DNA of 64,000 nucleotides from Basidiobolus meristosporus CBS 931.73 (GCA_002104905.1 MCFE01000234.1:57075-121074), one strand, 5' to 3'. Shown: positions 28,030 to 42,406, numbered from the stretch's first letter. Made by a program: numbers and translations. The notes: generated by a model from the sequence alone, not told the origin.

Positions 28030-30225
28030 GTCTTCACTAATGATTTGTTGAATGTAAAAGCGGTATCCTGATGTTTACATGGTCTGGCCAACATTTTGGT
28101 CCGAGTGATGCACAACAAGGAATTCGGGCCCAGCAGCGTAAAGTTCACAGGCTACGAGCTGAGTGGCTAAGCGATTGGAGTATTTAGGAGCGGTTCCCGG
28201 ATTTACCCCATTTTGGCCAGGCTTGAAAGGATGAACAGACACATCCACCAGTGGGAGGATCCAAATCTCCGACATCAGTCTGCCAAGACCTAGGGTACAC
28301 ATCAGGCGAATCCCAAGGTGCTGAGACTTGTGCAAAATCCCCCCCCCCAAAGATTGCAAGGCCAAATCACCCTGCATAGGGATACCCGTTTGGGCCCTGG
28401 AATAGCCTGAATGTATCACAACCAACCTACCGCTCTGACAGTTTGAGGCACCCGAAAAAAGCATCACATGCAGGTGAGCGCCCCCAAACCAGTGTGCTGG
28501 TGGTTGACAGTTTTGGATGGGAAGGGGGTAACTGTACTTCTACCACAGGGAGAATATGTTTGAGAAGGACCCAAGAAGATGGGTGCCAGGTTTGGGATCA
28601 CTCACACCACTTCGGGCGACACCATATTCTGGACATGTTGGTGAAAAGATTTGAGGGGAGTCCCGGCAAAGAATTCGGACGAAAAGATTCCAGCCGACTG
28701 TTCAGGGACCGGTTCAGTGAGTGTAAATGGAGCAGCACCCAGCAGTACCAAATAGCAGCATGTATGGCCCAACGAATGGGAACTTTTAGAGGGGAGGATG
28801 GAAACTCGTGAAGGGTGATCTTCTTGCCAATTCCAGTGAATTGTGAAAACACCTCCCCCCGAAGGATCGAGATCCACCCATGCAATCGTTGGGGATCAAA
28901 TCGAAATCTAGGACGGATGAGTTGGATTACGAGCCATTACAGGGTGGATCCACCTTATTCGTCGAGTCGATCCACCACTGGGCGAGGTTAACCTCGAAAG
29001 GGATGCCACTATCACCGACCTATTCCAGTACACATCCGAACGATTCCTACCCGCGGCACCATCTCCACATCACCCTACTGAGCCTCGGTGCATCCTCAGC
29101 GGAACGACCAGGGGTGGGTCAGGAGATCCGCTCACCACCGATACCGCCATGCTCACGAACTCCACCTGCTCGAGTTCGAGTCCATGTTCGTATGGACACG
29201 AGGCGTAGGGATGGTTGGGGCGTCGTGATTGGAATTGGATTGAATTGGGGGGGGGGGTTTTTTTTCAAGGAGGGATTTCCATTCCTGTGCTAGGTCTGGC
29301 ACACCATGTGCATCCTCGATCATCAGCATCAGGTCGCCGCTAGGCCACTTCCGGTTACACCATCCACTCACGCCGGTTCTCAGGCCGGTCTTTGCACTTA
29401 TGGGGCGTATGCTCTGCCGCTGAGTAAACTGACAGTGGGCCTCAAAAAAGTTGAGGATTTCGTGAGGAGCTCAATGATACCGCTGGTGAGTAACGGAGCG
29501 AGAGGGTACGTGGCGGATTCATAGGCCACGATGGTACGATCACGTGACTCGCTGGGAACGTTAGTTCCGGACCTGGTTAAGCCTACCACGCCCCCCCTGG
29601 TCGTCCACGGACCAACTCGGCCCCTAACACAATCTAACCTAGGCGGGGTTGGAAACATAGTCGGGGCGGATGGTTCGCGGGGAACCAGGCTCCGCCGTAG
29701 CCTTCCCGGATCCACGGTTTCGTAGCTGGATCGGCGAGTGGGAAGAGAGCCCGTAGCCCACCTTCAAGCCCGAGCTGAGGTGTGGAAGGACGGCTGAGAC
29801 TCAAAAAGTCAACCGGTGAATCCCAGGTCCCTGGGGAGCTTCGGTAACCTGATCCCGGAGGGCCCATGGTGCATCTTATGGTGGCCCAGGGAAACGGAAT
29901 GACGATGTGGTTTCGATGGGGGTTCACATGATAGGTAAAGATTTATTATCCACTGAGAATGAAGGGTGTGGTGGTGAGTTTGGCAAGACGCGGGTCCGCG
30001 AAGGGGCGAAAGAAATAAAGAAAGGGATGGTGATGGAAGTGGAAGTGGAAGTGGAGGTGAAGAGAGTCGATCGGAAGGTAACCCGCGACAAGGCAATATA
30101 TGACAAGAATAAACGTGGTGGGAGGGGAGGGAAGGGGAGGGAAGGGGAGGGGGAAGGGGAGAATCGTGTATTTGGAGCTAACTTTACATGGTAGGGGTGA
30201 GCAAGATGGATGCAATGAGCTGAAT

Positions 30226-31540
30226 TCACGTACTGGTGGCGGGACTTGTAAAGATGGAGCTTAGCAGCCCGTTGACCTTACTGCTGGTGAATTCCGGCAT
30301 GGTGAAGTTGGCATTTAACGCGGCGGCGACCGGGGTTGGCATAGGGTTGGGTGCGGTGGCGCTGTTCTGTCCGGAATTCCCGGATCCCAATCCGTACAAG
30401 TGGCCACTACATCGAGAAAGTTGGGGGTTGGTTTGGGTGGAGGGTGCCGAGGTGGTACATGCCTACTTACAGGAATTTCTCGTCCTCGATGTGGTCGTCG
30501 AAGAAGATCTGTCGCATTTTGAAGAAGGTGTTGCATGTCAGAAGACTATCGCTCCCTGCTTGGTGTTGCGGCCCGATCCTAGGAACCTACGGGGAAGAGA
30601 GGCGGGATTAGACAGGGCTGAGCGAGGGCTTAACGTGAGACCTGGCATTACCTGCAGCTCGTCGGCGATATCTTGTAAGCCACCCTTGAGATTTCGGCAG
30701 CTTTTCATAAGATACTTGATGTCGTAGATGCAGGGGAAGTAGATGCGCAACAGCTCGAAGAAATCATTCTCCTCTGCAGGAAGTCGATTACACGTAAGGA
30801 CCTTCAACAGGTACCCAAAGTCATACCCGCTAGAGGGGAAAAGGGTCAACACCGGGTGAGAACAAGACATGGTCCACAAACACCTACCTATGAAACGAGA
30901 TCCACTTGACCTCGTCCAACAATACAAACCCGGAGCTAGTCAACAACTCACCGAAGTGGTGAACATCGATGCCGAACTCCTCGTGCTTTTTGAAATCAAT
31001 CCCCGACTTGGTCAAAAGATCGATCGAGTCCTGTGCGTACATGTCCTCACTAAAGGAAGAGGGAAGAGTCCTTTGGTTAACCGAAGTGTGTGTGGGGGGG
31101 AAGAAATAGTTTGGTTGGTGCCGCATAACTTACCTTAAGTCGAATTTGAAGTTAAACTGCCAAGTGCAGGTGCCTGGTGGTAGGTTGCCTCTCTCATCTG
31201 CCAACGTGATGCCCAACTGGATCAATTTCAGCAGATCCACATTACACCGCAAGGTTTGAAAATGGTAATCGGCGGAGGTTTTAAAGGTCCCGATTGGTCT
31301 AGCTACAACTCCAGGGAATTCCGTGTCCTAAGGGGGGGGGGGGAATGCGTTAAACCAGACTGTTCTGGTGGAGAGAAGAGAACGCGAGATGCGCCAAGCC
31401 AGGTCGGTATTAAGGAACAAAGTAACACTTACCATGGCGACGTAAGGGTACTTCTCGATAAGGGCTCTGAGATAGACCATCTCTTGGTCCAGATTCTCCG
31501 CCCATACTTCTTTGATGAAACGGCTTTCTTGGGTTAACAT
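30226..31540 (-). CDS. CAF1: CCR4-NOT deadenylase subunit CAF1/POP2 (DEDD RNase), at least 5 introns
   Basis: Spliced translation: [23 protein letters not shown]|[35 protein letters not shown]|[13 protein letters not shown]..|[16 protein letters not shown]..|GHLYGLG. Junctions are GT..AG. Start codon and last exon are slightly uncertain. Confidence 0.93.
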
Positions 31541-31853
31541 TGAGTAGGAAGTTCGACGTGTACTGTACTGTAACGAGATTTTTCCCAAAATCAGTTGGCT
31601 TTTGGAGCCTGGATAGGGTGGTGACGTTCAGGAAACATAGGCCCATCACAGGTTCCCGTATAATTCGTATCATTTCAAATTTTTAAGGAGTGATCATTGG
31701 TCCCTAGGCTAGATTTTTTTACTGTGCTCATTGCTGGCCCTGATAAACATTGGGTAAGGGGAGCTTGGTTTCTAATCCAGTGAAGATTAGGTGAGCAGCT
31801 GGGCGTGATTCCCCCATATCAGGTGACTCTACGACATGATGCGTATGACGGAG

Positions 31854-31868
31854 TAACCCTAACCCTAA
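31854..31868 (+). promoter_or_regulatory. Interstitial TAACCCTAACCCTAA (telo-box-like) in the divergent CAF1/EF-2 intergenic region
   Basis: 2.5 telomeric units, C-rich on the plus strand, ~310 bp upstream of CAF1. Function is inferred only. Confidence 0.4.
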
Positions 31869-34193
31869 GTACGGCCATGCATCTTGCTGTGCCGCTTAGC
31901 ATGTTTCCGATGGTTCGAAAACAGGGCACCGAAACCCACCAACAATCACTTTAGTCAGAATTTACCCGGGACCCCATCACCATCAGCGTTCGGAGGTTTA
32001 TTGATCCGTTGAGTGATTCGAATCAAGCGTCCAGGTGGCGGAACTAGGGATTTTTTCTATTCCGCAGGGTTCATGTTGGACAACAGGCTTGCTTTACCGG
32101 CTCTTTCATGGAAGCAGGTCCCTGCTGGTATGTAGGCCACGCAACAACTCTACCAACTCTTCGTTGAAGCCTTGTCTTGCCGCATCAGGGAGCGGAATCA
32201 CGTGACTCGTCGCAAAGAATCGGGCCTACTTGAGTGAAGAATCGTTGGCTAAATCTTGATCGAAGATGTTCGCGACGAGTGGCCCTTTGTTCCAAAGGGC
32301 GAGAATATCCTCTCACCATCAGCTCATGGATCGCTACACCATTCTCACAAATGCACTAGCTTTGGAGCAAGTATATTCCACGAGGCTGGGTCATTGATTG
32401 GTCCAGAGTGTCTCATTCGGATTGAGCTGGTTGAATCCGATCAGTCTCGTGGATGTTTACACCACGCGCACGAAGTGGACCGAATCCTTGTTCCGCAAGT
32501 CACCGAGCAGCCCCATCCAATGATACCGCAACCAAGGAGGGACCTAGTCCGTTCTAATCGCCCTACAGCAGGGCACATCCAGGTTCTGGAAGCAAGCGGC
32601 CCATGAAAAGATTTGGCGCGAGGCCCAGAGTCATCAGGAAAGCTGCCGAGGTGCAGATCAAGCTTCAGGATATTCCATTATCCAGATCACCATTGAGTGG
32701 ATCTAGCGTAAAGTTGCCGTGAATGGAAAGTGTCTGTCCGTATTTTGGGTGGGTAGGTTGGATATGTAAAAAACCCATTCAAGCAATCGTGAAGATCTCT
32801 CTAGCCGCAGGAATCTGAGATTGGTAAGCAGTTAGCATGCTTGTCTACTGTTCCAGGGACGAGCAGCCAGGGGGCTAGCTGTCCGTGATGCGTGCCCACA
32901 ACCGATCGAACGAAATCCTGCAAGAGTCCGGTTCCCAAGCCGACCACCCCTTCCTCGAAACCTGATGGCGGCATGGCTGAACCTCGAATCTTACCACCGC
33001 GGTTGGATGCTTATCATATGCGTCAATCACCACATCAATCCAGTATGGAAGTTTGATTAGACTGGCGTAGCTGAAGGACAGTATCATTGATTATCCCGGC
33101 CAAAGCCAGCATCGCTCATCTATGGCGCCTCAACAGACACTCTTGCTCATAAACATCAAGTCAACACCAAAAAGCCTGATGCTTGCCAAGCATCCAGACG
33201 GGGCTGCGGGATGGCTCGACAGAGGGTACAGAGGCAGTTGCAGATGCCCATTCGCGTCCACGCCTGCCAACCAAGCAAGGTCTCTAATAAACCATCTAGC
33301 AAACAAAACGGGTCTGCCTTTCGCAATCCTATAAGCCACCTACGCTCTTGGAAATACGTCCCATCTGGATGCCCATCCTGCGTGCACTTGGGACCTTTCT
33401 CTGCGGCAGATATGCATCCGCATACGAAGTTGATGCAACTGCAAGCCGATTCCCAAAAAGATCAATCAGCGATATGGCTTGGGTCGTCTTCCCAAACCGC
33501 GTGGGTAGCACAGAGTCTGACCTGGCAGTGTAGGCAATGGTGCTAGTCTAATCAGCGTCACCTTGCGGGCGGTCACTGGTGCCGCACCCGACCTAGCGAG
33601 TAGGCAGCTGCTGGAATCCACAGCTCTCGAGGCCAACCGACCTAAACAAGCCCATCGTGCTTGCATTTGGTTAGCGCTAGTCTCACCTCCCCAAACTTTG
33701 CCTAACCCCAAAAGATCCTGATGTCTAGGTTCTCTAGATTCCTGAATAGGAACCGAGGGATCTGGGTGGCCATTTTAGGCGCTCGCTGGCTGCAGTGACG
33801 GTAGAGGGAAACGCAGTAACCGCTGGCTAATTGCGAGCATGAATCGGTCGTCTTATTTGGCAGTGGTAACCTAGGTGCCACCAAATACGAACACATCATT
33901 TGGAATTGGGAATACGAGGCAGCGTCGGTTCCGCGGGCTCGAATTTTTTTCAATCGCGGATCCAAGATCATTCGCACGTCTGTGCGACTTGGGTGTTGCA
34001 GGCATTGATGGATCAATTTTTTTTCGCAGCTCAACCCTGCTTTTCACTCCGACAACCCAGAAGAAAAAAAAGTCGGGTGGAGGATGTGGTCGTGAGAGTA
34101 TAAGAGGCTGTCGCCTGCTTCCCGAACTTCACCCGGGCATTGCTGGCTTACATAGTCTCTACCTTCCATTAACCCTTTTAGTGTCCAGTCAAT

Positions 34194-36722
34194 ATGGTTA
34201 ACTTCACTATCGACCAAATCCGTGGCCTTATGGACAAGGTTACGAACATTCGTAACATGTCCGTCATTGCTCACGTCGATCACGGAAAGTCCACCCTTAC
34301 CGATTCCCTTGTCTCCAAGGCCGGTATCATTTCCTCCGCCAGAGCTGGTGAAACTCGTTTCACTGATACTCGTCAGGATGAGCAAGATCGTTGTATTACC
34401 ATCAAGTCCACTGCCATCTCCATGTTCTTTGAGCTCCCCAAGGAGGATATTGGTGATGTCAAGCAGAAGACCGACGGCAACGAGTTCTTGATTAACTTGA
34501 TCGATTCCCCCGGTCACGTCGATTTCTCCTCTGAAGTTACTGCCGCCCTCCGTGTCACTGATGGTGCCTTGGTCGTCGTCGACTGCGTCTCCGGTGTCTC
34601 CGTCCAGACCGAAACCGTGTTGCGTCAAGCTCTTACCGAACGTATCAAGCCTGTTATCATCATCAACAAGGTCGATCGTGCTCTCCTCGAGTTGCAATTG
34701 TCCAAGGAAGATTTGTACACCTCCTTCCTCCGTACCATCGAGTCCGTCAACGTTATCATCTCCACCTACTTCGACCCCATCCTCGGTGATGTCCAAGTTT
34801 ACCCCGAGCGCGGTACCGTTGCCTTCGGTTCCGGTCTTCACGGATGGGGTTTCACCTTGAGACAATTCGCTCACCGTTATGCCAAGAAGTTCGGTGTTGA
34901 CAAGGACAAGATGATGGGCAAGCTCTGGGGTGAGAACTACTTCAACCCTGCCACCCGCAAGTGGACCAACCAATCCACTGACGCCAACGGCAAGCCCCTC
35001 GAGCGTGCTTTCTGCATGTTCGTCTTGGACCCCATCTTCAAGCTCTTCGATTCTATCATGAACTTCAAGAAGGAGCAAACTCTCTCTATGTTGGAGAAGT
35101 TGGATGTTCCCCTCAAGTCCGATGAGAAGGACTTGGAAGGAAAGGCCCTCCTCAAGGTCGTCATGCGCAAGTTCTTGCCCGCTGCCGATGCTTTGTTGGA
35201 GATGATTGTCATCCACTTGCCTTCCCCCGTCACCGCCCAGAAGTACAGAGCCGAGTTCTTGTACGAAGGTCCCCAAGACGACCACTGCGCCGAGGGTATC
35301 CGTAACTGCGATCCTAAGGGTCCTCTTATGTTGTACGTCTCCAAGATGGTTCCTACCTCCGATAAGGGACGTTTCTATGCTTTCGGTCGTGTCTTCTCTG
35401 GTACCGTTCGCTCTGGTCTCAAGGTCCGTATCCAAGGTCCTAACTACGAGCCCGGAAAGAAGGATGACTTGTTCATCAAGAACATCCAACGTACTATTCT
35501 CATGATGGGCCGTTACGTCGAGCCCATTGAGGACTGCCCTGCCGGTAACATCGTTGGTCTTGTCGGTGTCGATCAATTCTTGCTCAAGTCCGGTACCATC
35601 ACCACCGACGAGAACGCCCACAACCTCAAGGTCATGAAGTTCTCCGTCTCCCCTGTCGTGCAAGTTGCCGTCGAGGTCAAGAACGCTAACGATCTTCCCA
35701 AGCTCGTTGAAGGTTTGAAGCGTCTCTCCAAGTCCGATCCTTGCGTCCAATGCTACACCTCCGAATCCGGTGAACACATTGTCGCCGGTGCTGGTGAACT
35801 TCACTTGGAAATTTGCTTGAAGGATCTTGAAGAAGATCACGCTCAAGTCCCCATCAAGACTGGTGACCCAGTCGTTCCCTACAAGGAAACCGTCCAAACC
35901 GAGTCCTCCGTTGTTGCTCTTTCCAAGTCCCCCAACAAGCACAACCGTATCTTCATGAAGGCCTTCCCCATTCAAGAGGAGCTTTCCAACGATATCGATG
36001 AGGGTAAGATCACTCCCCGTGATGATTTCAAGGCTCGTGCCCGTGTCCTCGCCGAGGAATACGAGTGGGATGTCACCGATGCCCGTAAGATCTGGTGCTT
36101 CGGTCCCGACACCAACGGCCCCAATCTTTTGGTCGATGTCACCAAGGGTGTTCAATACCTCAACGAAATCAAGGATTCTTGCGTTGCTGCCTTCCAATGG
36201 GCCACCAAGGAGGGTGTCTGCGCTGAGGAACAAATGCGTGGTTGCCGTTTCAACATCATGGATGTTGTTCTCCACGCTGATGCTATCCATCGTGGTGGAG
36301 GTCAAATCATCCCTACCTGCCGTCGTGCCATCTACGCTTCCGCTTTGGTTGCTGAGCCTGGTCTCTTCGAGCCTGTCTACCTCGTTGAAATCCAATGCCC
36401 TGAGAACGCCATGGGTGGTATCTACGGTGTGTTGAACAGACGTCGTGGCCACGTCATCTCTGAGGAACAACGCCCCGGTACTCCTCTCTACAACGTCAAG
36501 GCCTACTTGCCTGTCAGTGAGTCTTTCGGCTTCACTGCCGATCTTCGTTCCAACACCGGTGGTCAAGCCTTCCCTCAATGCGTCTTCGATCACTGGCAAT
36601 TGATGAACGGATCTCCTATCGAGGCCGGCTCCAAGGTTGCCGAAATCGTCAAGAACATCCGTAAGAGAAAGGGTCTTGCTGAGGAAATTCCTCCTCTTGA
36701 CCGTTTCTTGGACAAATTATAA
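34194..36722 (+). CDS. EFT2: Translation elongation factor 2 (842 aa, no intron in CDS)
   Basis: Motifs [20 protein letters not shown], and the diphthamide loop [15 protein letters not shown]. Strong codon bias. Confidence 0.99.
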   Translation: MVNFTIDQIRGLMDKVTNIRNMSVIAHVDHGKSTLTDSLVSKAGIISSARAGETRFTDTRQDEQDRCITIKSTAISMFFELPKEDIGDVKQKTDGNEFLINLIDSPGHVDFSSEVTAALRVTDGALVVVDCVSGVSVQTETVLRQALTERIKPVIIINKVDRALLELQLSKEDLYTSFLRTIESVNVIISTYFDPILGDVQVYPERGTVAFGSGLHGWGFTLRQFAHRYAKKFGVDKDKMMGKLWGENYFNPATRKWTNQSTDANGKPLERAFCMFVLDPIFKLFDSIMNFKKEQTLSMLEKLDVPLKSDEKDLEGKALLKVVMRKFLPAADALLEMIVIHLPSPVTAQKYRAEFLYEGPQDDHCAEGIRNCDPKGPLMLYVSKMVPTSDKGRFYAFGRVFSGTVRSGLKVRIQGPNYEPGKKDDLFIKNIQRTILMMGRYVEPIEDCPAGNIVGLVGVDQFLLKSGTITTDENAHNLKVMKFSVSPVVQVAVEVKNANDLPKLVEGLKRLSKSDPCVQCYTSESGEHIVAGAGELHLEICLKDLEEDHAQVPIKTGDPVVPYKETVQTESSVVALSKSPNKHNRIFMKAFPIQEELSNDIDEGKITPRDDFKARARVLAEEYEWDVTDARKIWCFGPDTNGPNLLVDVTKGVQYLNEIKDSCVAAFQWATKEGVCAEEQMRGCRFNIMDVVLHADAIHRGGGQIIPTCRRAIYASALVAEPGLFEPVYLVEIQCPENAMGGIYGVLNRRRGHVISEEQRPGTPLYNVKAYLPVSESFGFTADLRSNTGGQAFPQCVFDHWQLMNGSPIEAGSKVAEIVKNIRKRKGLAEEIPPLDRFLDKL

Positions 36723-39160
36723 ACTACTAACTGGTATATGTAAAATGTATTGAAGAAGTTCACTTGAATATGCTTTGATTATAGTCAATCCATGATCACT
36801 CAAACTTTTTCGTTTGTACTTAGCATTCATCCCTACAATTAAATAAACTCATTAGAACATTCATTTGGTAGTAAACGATGCTTGCCATTCCCACCTCTTC
36901 TTGCTATTGCCGGGTTGCCACCGCACATTCCGGAATCAACCAGTCTGGCGGGTCCGGATGGTAAACATGGGCCGGCGAATGGTTCGCCCGATATAAATAA
37001 CCTGCTTGAAGGAGCCAAATCCATTTGCATGAGAAGCATGTGGCCCGTCACCCAAGCAGGCGATGCCAATGCAGATAGCCGGATGAGTCATGGGGAATTC
37101 AAGTTGGTGCGCATTCTACTTGCTTTCTCTCCATCCATCCCATCATCCCATGGTACTTATCACCGGTTGGTGCGCGGGATCGGGTGGAAAGGTTAATCAT
37201 GTCCTGACATGCAGTTGGTTCCCCATGGAGGAGTTGGTTTGTTGTGGTCATCGAAGATGCTACCAGCATTACATCGATGACATGCTGTCGTTCTCCTGGG
37301 ATGTCTGCTATTCGGCTGACCTTTTTGTTGGCATATACTTTGAGGGCTCCTGGTGGGAAAACAACCCAACCATATTGGCGGATACTTCGATGTTAAGTCC
37401 CCAAGCGCCGCATTTCTTTTGTTCAAGATTGCCAAAGACCACCATGCATTCCATGACATCATACATAGATGGAGTGTGTTTCAAAGTCCAGGCACGCTTC
37501 GATATGCAATGCCAGATGGACGGGCCTATGGTATTGCTCAGATGGGTTAGGGTGAATCGTTGGCTATTCACTGGATTTACTGGTGCATCAGGGAAGATCC
37601 TCGCCAAACATCAAGAATGCCAACCTATTCGTGCTTCGGGCCACCGCGGTGTGGTCGAAGGAAGGCTGGAAGTAGAGAATCCAATCTAACTTATGTGGCC
37701 TTCATTGGCGGCAAGACTCAATGGGGCTGCCCTTGGTTCCACACGGCAAGCAAGCGCCAAGCAACATTGTCTACGACCTAGGCAGTGGGGCCAAAAGTGA
37801 TGGCACGCTGTCACATGTCGCATCAAGCTTACGGGCTGTGGGATGAAGGGTGAAGGGTAAAGGGTGGCAATGTAGCGTGTTCTAGGAAAAATCAAGTATC
37901 CGTGATTGTAGAAATGGGAAAAGGAAATTGATTTGCTCACCTTAATGATACCTATAGGGGAGATTAGAAGGGGCAAGGGAGAGTCCGACATCAATGAACC
38001 ATTCAACCATCTGATACCAAAGACAAATGGAATATAATCACCATTGAGAAGGGCAAGGGCGCGAAACCAAATCCCAATCTCGATGGTGCTACAATGGTGC
38101 AGGAACTGGATCCAAATGCCAGGCAGTACATAGATGGATATTGCCTATCTAACGCAGTGATTAGACTAGCAATCCTCGTCTCCACCGCCCAATTTGGCAG
38201 TGGATTGTACTGAGTAACACAAGAGCAATATAGGAGATGGATTCCATTGATCACGATGAAATCCACTTTCTTGGCATCGGTGACAGGCCGTCACGTGAGC
38301 CTCCCAAGCCTTGGCCGACATTGGTGTACGAATGAGTGTCTTACCGCCAAAGCCAACATCAGACACTCATCAACAATGCCCGTAGGCTTGCAGGTGGCGT
38401 GAAGCATGAATTGAAACGGCCAGTCAGCCGTAGACAATCGCAGACCACTGGAGTGCTCAGCTGATGTGCTCGCTACGAAGGTGCCGCCATAATCTGATCC
38501 TTTGGAAGTGAAGGTGAGTGGCTATCACAGCAATGATGGGTTGGAGGTGTCCAATCAGGCCTACTGGCTGTTCTTGACCTCATTGGGCTTGGTTTCAGAA
38601 ATATAGGCCTGTTGCTGGAATTGTTCTCGGATTGTCATAGGTTTCAGTAAGCATAACAAACAAAACCGGCCCCACCCAATCCCCATCGCCATCACATTGT
38701 ACTCTGTTCACTGCGTTGTTGCCGAATGGTAGCTTTGGAGTTTCAGTAGTTAGCTATATTAACTCAAGGCTCCTGTGCTAATTATGATGAGGATCGCGGC
38801 CGGCCAATCAGGGTGGGGTCCAATATGTTGAGCCTAGGGGGCTGGAAACCAGATCCCAAAATTAATTTGCTGGGCTCGCCTTGATGGGTATTTAATGTAC
38901 TCCATCGTCTACGAGACTCCATAACCCTGTGCGACGAATTCCATTTAGCTTAAAGCCAAGCCGCACTGCTGATTTCTGGTCGACATCCCGTCAGTCCTTT
39001 AGAAGTAAGACCAGGCCTTCCTCCTTTCCTTGTCCGATATTCCCTTGCCAACCGGGTTTATTCCTCGTAGACATCACCTCCCGCTGAGCCCTCGATCCTT
39101 GCATCGCGCGTGCTTTAACCAACGGTTCTCGACGTACACATTGCATCCCACATATCGACT

Positions 39161-40392
39161 ATGGACGATAAGTATGTTGGCCTGTGCTTGGCTGCTTCCT
39201 CAAGCCTGCTCATTGGCGTCAGCTTCATTCTGACGAAAAAGGGCTTGATCGATTCCTCCTCCCGACAGGGTAAGTCTTCAGAGGTTCACCCACGCGGGCG
39301 TTTACTCATCCCTCCCCCAGGAACTGCTAGTGGCGATACCTATTCATACCTGACTAACTATACGTGGTGGGCAGGGATGGTTACAAGTAAGTGGCGTACA
39401 CACCAAGCTTGATCACAGGCTAACCCCGTTGTGCAGTGGTTTTGGGAGAAATTGCCAATTTCGCTGCATATTCATTTGCGCCAGCCATTCTGGTAACACC
39501 ATTGGGTGCGTTGAGTGTCTTGATCAGGTATGCCGAGCAGTCGCTTCGTGACTGGCCGTATGACTAACAGCTGCCTCTCTGCAGTTCTATCTTGGCATCG
39601 TGGTTTCTGGACGAAAAGCTGGGCTCCGCGGGTAAAGCGGGGTGTGCGCTGTGCATAATTGGCTCCGTTGTGATAGTGTTGCACTCGCCTGAAGATAAAG
39701 AGATCATCTCTGTGGATCAGATCCTTAGCCTTGCAATCCAACCAGGTACTGACGTAATTGACCCTCCACACAACGCCGCATACACTAACATTGTGCCCTC
39801 CCCAGCCTTCGTGACCTACTGCCTCCTGGTCCTACTCACTACATCGTACTTGATCTACCGCGTTGTCCCGAAGTACGGCAAAAAAAACCCGCTAGTCTAC
39901 ATCACTGTCTGCTCTCTGGTAGGGTCGGTAAGCGTGATGGCAGTTAAAGGCTTTGGGACCGCGCTTAAGTTGACCTTTGCGGGATCCAACCAACTGACAC
40001 ATCCTTCAACATACATTTTCGCGGTGGTGGTGGGAGCAGCCATCCTGACTCAGATGAATTACTTCAACAAGGCGTTGGATCTGTTCTCCACCAACATCGT
40101 GACCCCCATTTACTATGTGTTCTTTACCACCGCCACCATCGTCGCCTCCGGTCTTTTGTTCCAAGGCTTCAACGAGTCCAACCCGGTTAATCTAGTATCC
40201 CTCTTCTGCGGCTTCTTCACCATCTTTGTAGGGGTATTTCTACTCAACTCCAATTCCCAGGACAAGTCTCCCAATGTGATAGACAAGTTGCCCAGATACG
40301 ACACCATTGACAAGGCAAAGTTCTCCCTACTGAGAGTGGTCGATTCCTCCAGCCTCGGCCTGCACGGACTGGATAGCGACGACTCTGATTGA
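39161..40392 (+). CDS. NIPA-family magnesium transporter, 4 introns
   Basis: Introns at 39270-39320, 39387-39436, 39528-39584 and 39746-39805 give [70 protein letters not shown]. Confidence 0.93.
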
Positions 40393-40859
40393 TGTCCTCA
40401 GCCGCGCAGCCCTGCTCATGTAACATACAACGAACTTGATACATACACACTAAAAGGCGGACAGCCATCCAGGGTACCTATTCCATTCTCAGCTAGAACT
40501 CGCGGAGGCGCTATGGAACGTCGTGTCCCGTCCGAAAATTTCCCACCCACTCCCCAGTTTGTAAGCCCTGTACGGGATCCCCTCGTATTCCATGCAACCC
40601 ATTTTGCCATAAACGTCGCGCAAGCATAAGGAGAATCGACAATATATACCAGGACTGTTGTATAATGGAATGTTGGTGTCCACGTTTATATTAAAATAAA
40701 TTTCTATGCAGCAAGCTTGGAGATGTCTTTCTCGTGAGATTCCCTGCCCGAGAACGAAGCAGTGATTTCTACATGTATATGGGGGATTGTGAAATATCAA
40801 TGGAAACTGCTACCAAAGGTGGCGAGGGAATCTAAGCGATGGAGGGCAAGCTTTTCAGA

Positions 40860-42241
40860 CACTTGGTGAATTGTCTTCCTTAAATGAAAATATACTCAGA
40901 AACCTCCAGGCACTCATGATACTCAGGTCATCAAGGCAGTAGGTACTATCAGAAATCCATTTTTGACAAATTTCATTGTATTCTTCAATAAGTATCTGTA
41001 TCAAAAGTATTTAGTATTGCTGACACCAGGTATCCATTCAAGCCACTGTGACCAGAGTGACTTGTAGAAAAGCACATCCACATATATTTGGCTTAACTGC
41101 ATTGGTGACAACAGTATATAATGCTAATGTTGTTGGGCTCTGCCACCTAAACTCTGTTGTAAGAATCTTGGAGATATTGGAAGTGATTGGGACAACAGTT
41201 AGATTATGTGGTTTTTCACTTAATAATTCATTGAATGTAAAAATCCAAGTGCTACATTGACATGATTGTGACAATATATCCTTGTAGAGTATGTTTAGGA
41301 AGGTCCCAAGAGCATGTGTGCAGAATTTGGGGTTGTTTGGACAACTTTGGGAGATTTTGGGTTCTGGGTACCAGTTTTTTTGGTGAAAATATTCTAAGTC
41401 CCAACCATGGATGTGATCAGAATTCCCTAAGATTTGTAGAATATGATCTAGGTGACTAATTTAGGTGAATATATAGGTGTAGATTTTGAATTAATGGCAC
41501 TCACACTCAACTATATACTCATAATAACTATGCCTAATTATTATCCAAGATCCTCATATTTGCCTCTTACTGATTGCATGGTGAATATGGCAGCAATTAT
41601 TTCCTCTGTAGGACAGTCAACTAAGTTAACTAGGTCAGTCAATACAGTTTCCCATATAATATGATGATCAATATCTATGTGCTCAGCTCTAGTATGAGAA
41701 GTTGTATTTTTACCTGATTTCAAATATCCTTGAAAATCTTGAAACAATGCAGTAGGGGTTTTAGACATAAACTTGGATCTTTAAAGAGCTTTCTTAGACC
41801 AATGAAATCTTTTGTACCCTCACAGGCCTGCATAGACTCTGCCTCAATGGTTGATAGTCCTACAGCCAGCTGCTATTTTGAGTTCTATGAAGTTCTGCTG
41901 TAAGAGTTTTGGAGACATTAGAAACCACTGTGAGAGCAAGTGATTTATAGGGTTCACACCAAATGACTGACTGAATGCAAAAGTAGTATTTAAACTTTAA
42001 CACAATGTAGACAAGCCAAGTCTGCAGAATATGCTGAGGAAGGTCCCTAGAATACTTAAGCAAAACCTAGGGCTGATTAAACAACTTTGAACAATCTCAT
42101 GTTCCAGGTTCCTAATATTTTGGTGAGAATATTCCCAGTAAATTCCAGCAAGAAACTGATTAGAATCTTCAAAGGTTTGTAAGCAGTGATCTAAGTGCTA
42201 AGGTAGGTCTAGGTCTGGGTGTGACTACAGAATTCACAACA
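40860..42241 (-). mobile_element. Copia remnants: LTRs ~41155-41500 and ~41895-42241, RNase H fragment
   Basis: LTR homology to 27683-28029. HTRAEHIDIDHHII motif in the 41541-41768 ORF. Confidence 0.7.
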
Positions 42242-42406
42242 AATTCCTCATTTACAATGAAGGTTTATTCAGTGCCTAAAGTGGAATAAGCAAGAAAAGG
42301 CCAGCTGAATACAATGAATTCTGACTTTGAGACTTCTCGAAGTAGTAGTGGAACTTATATCTTCTATATTTTGTCACTAATCAGCATCAGTGTTGCCCAA
42401 AAGATC

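Noticed and set aside
29809-30229. Overlapping Pro/Ser- or Gly/Glu-rich ORFs
   Set aside because: They are by-products of low-complexity purine tracts downstream of CAF1.
31900-31925. B-box-like GGTTCGAAAAC
   Set aside because: It lacks the closing CC, and no A box or cloverleaf is found at the right spacing.
34044-36599. 851-aa antisense ORF opposite EF-2
   Set aside because: It mirrors the strongly biased codon usage of EF-2, has no recognisable motifs and starts at a non-ATG codon. Long antisense frames are a known artefact in such genes.
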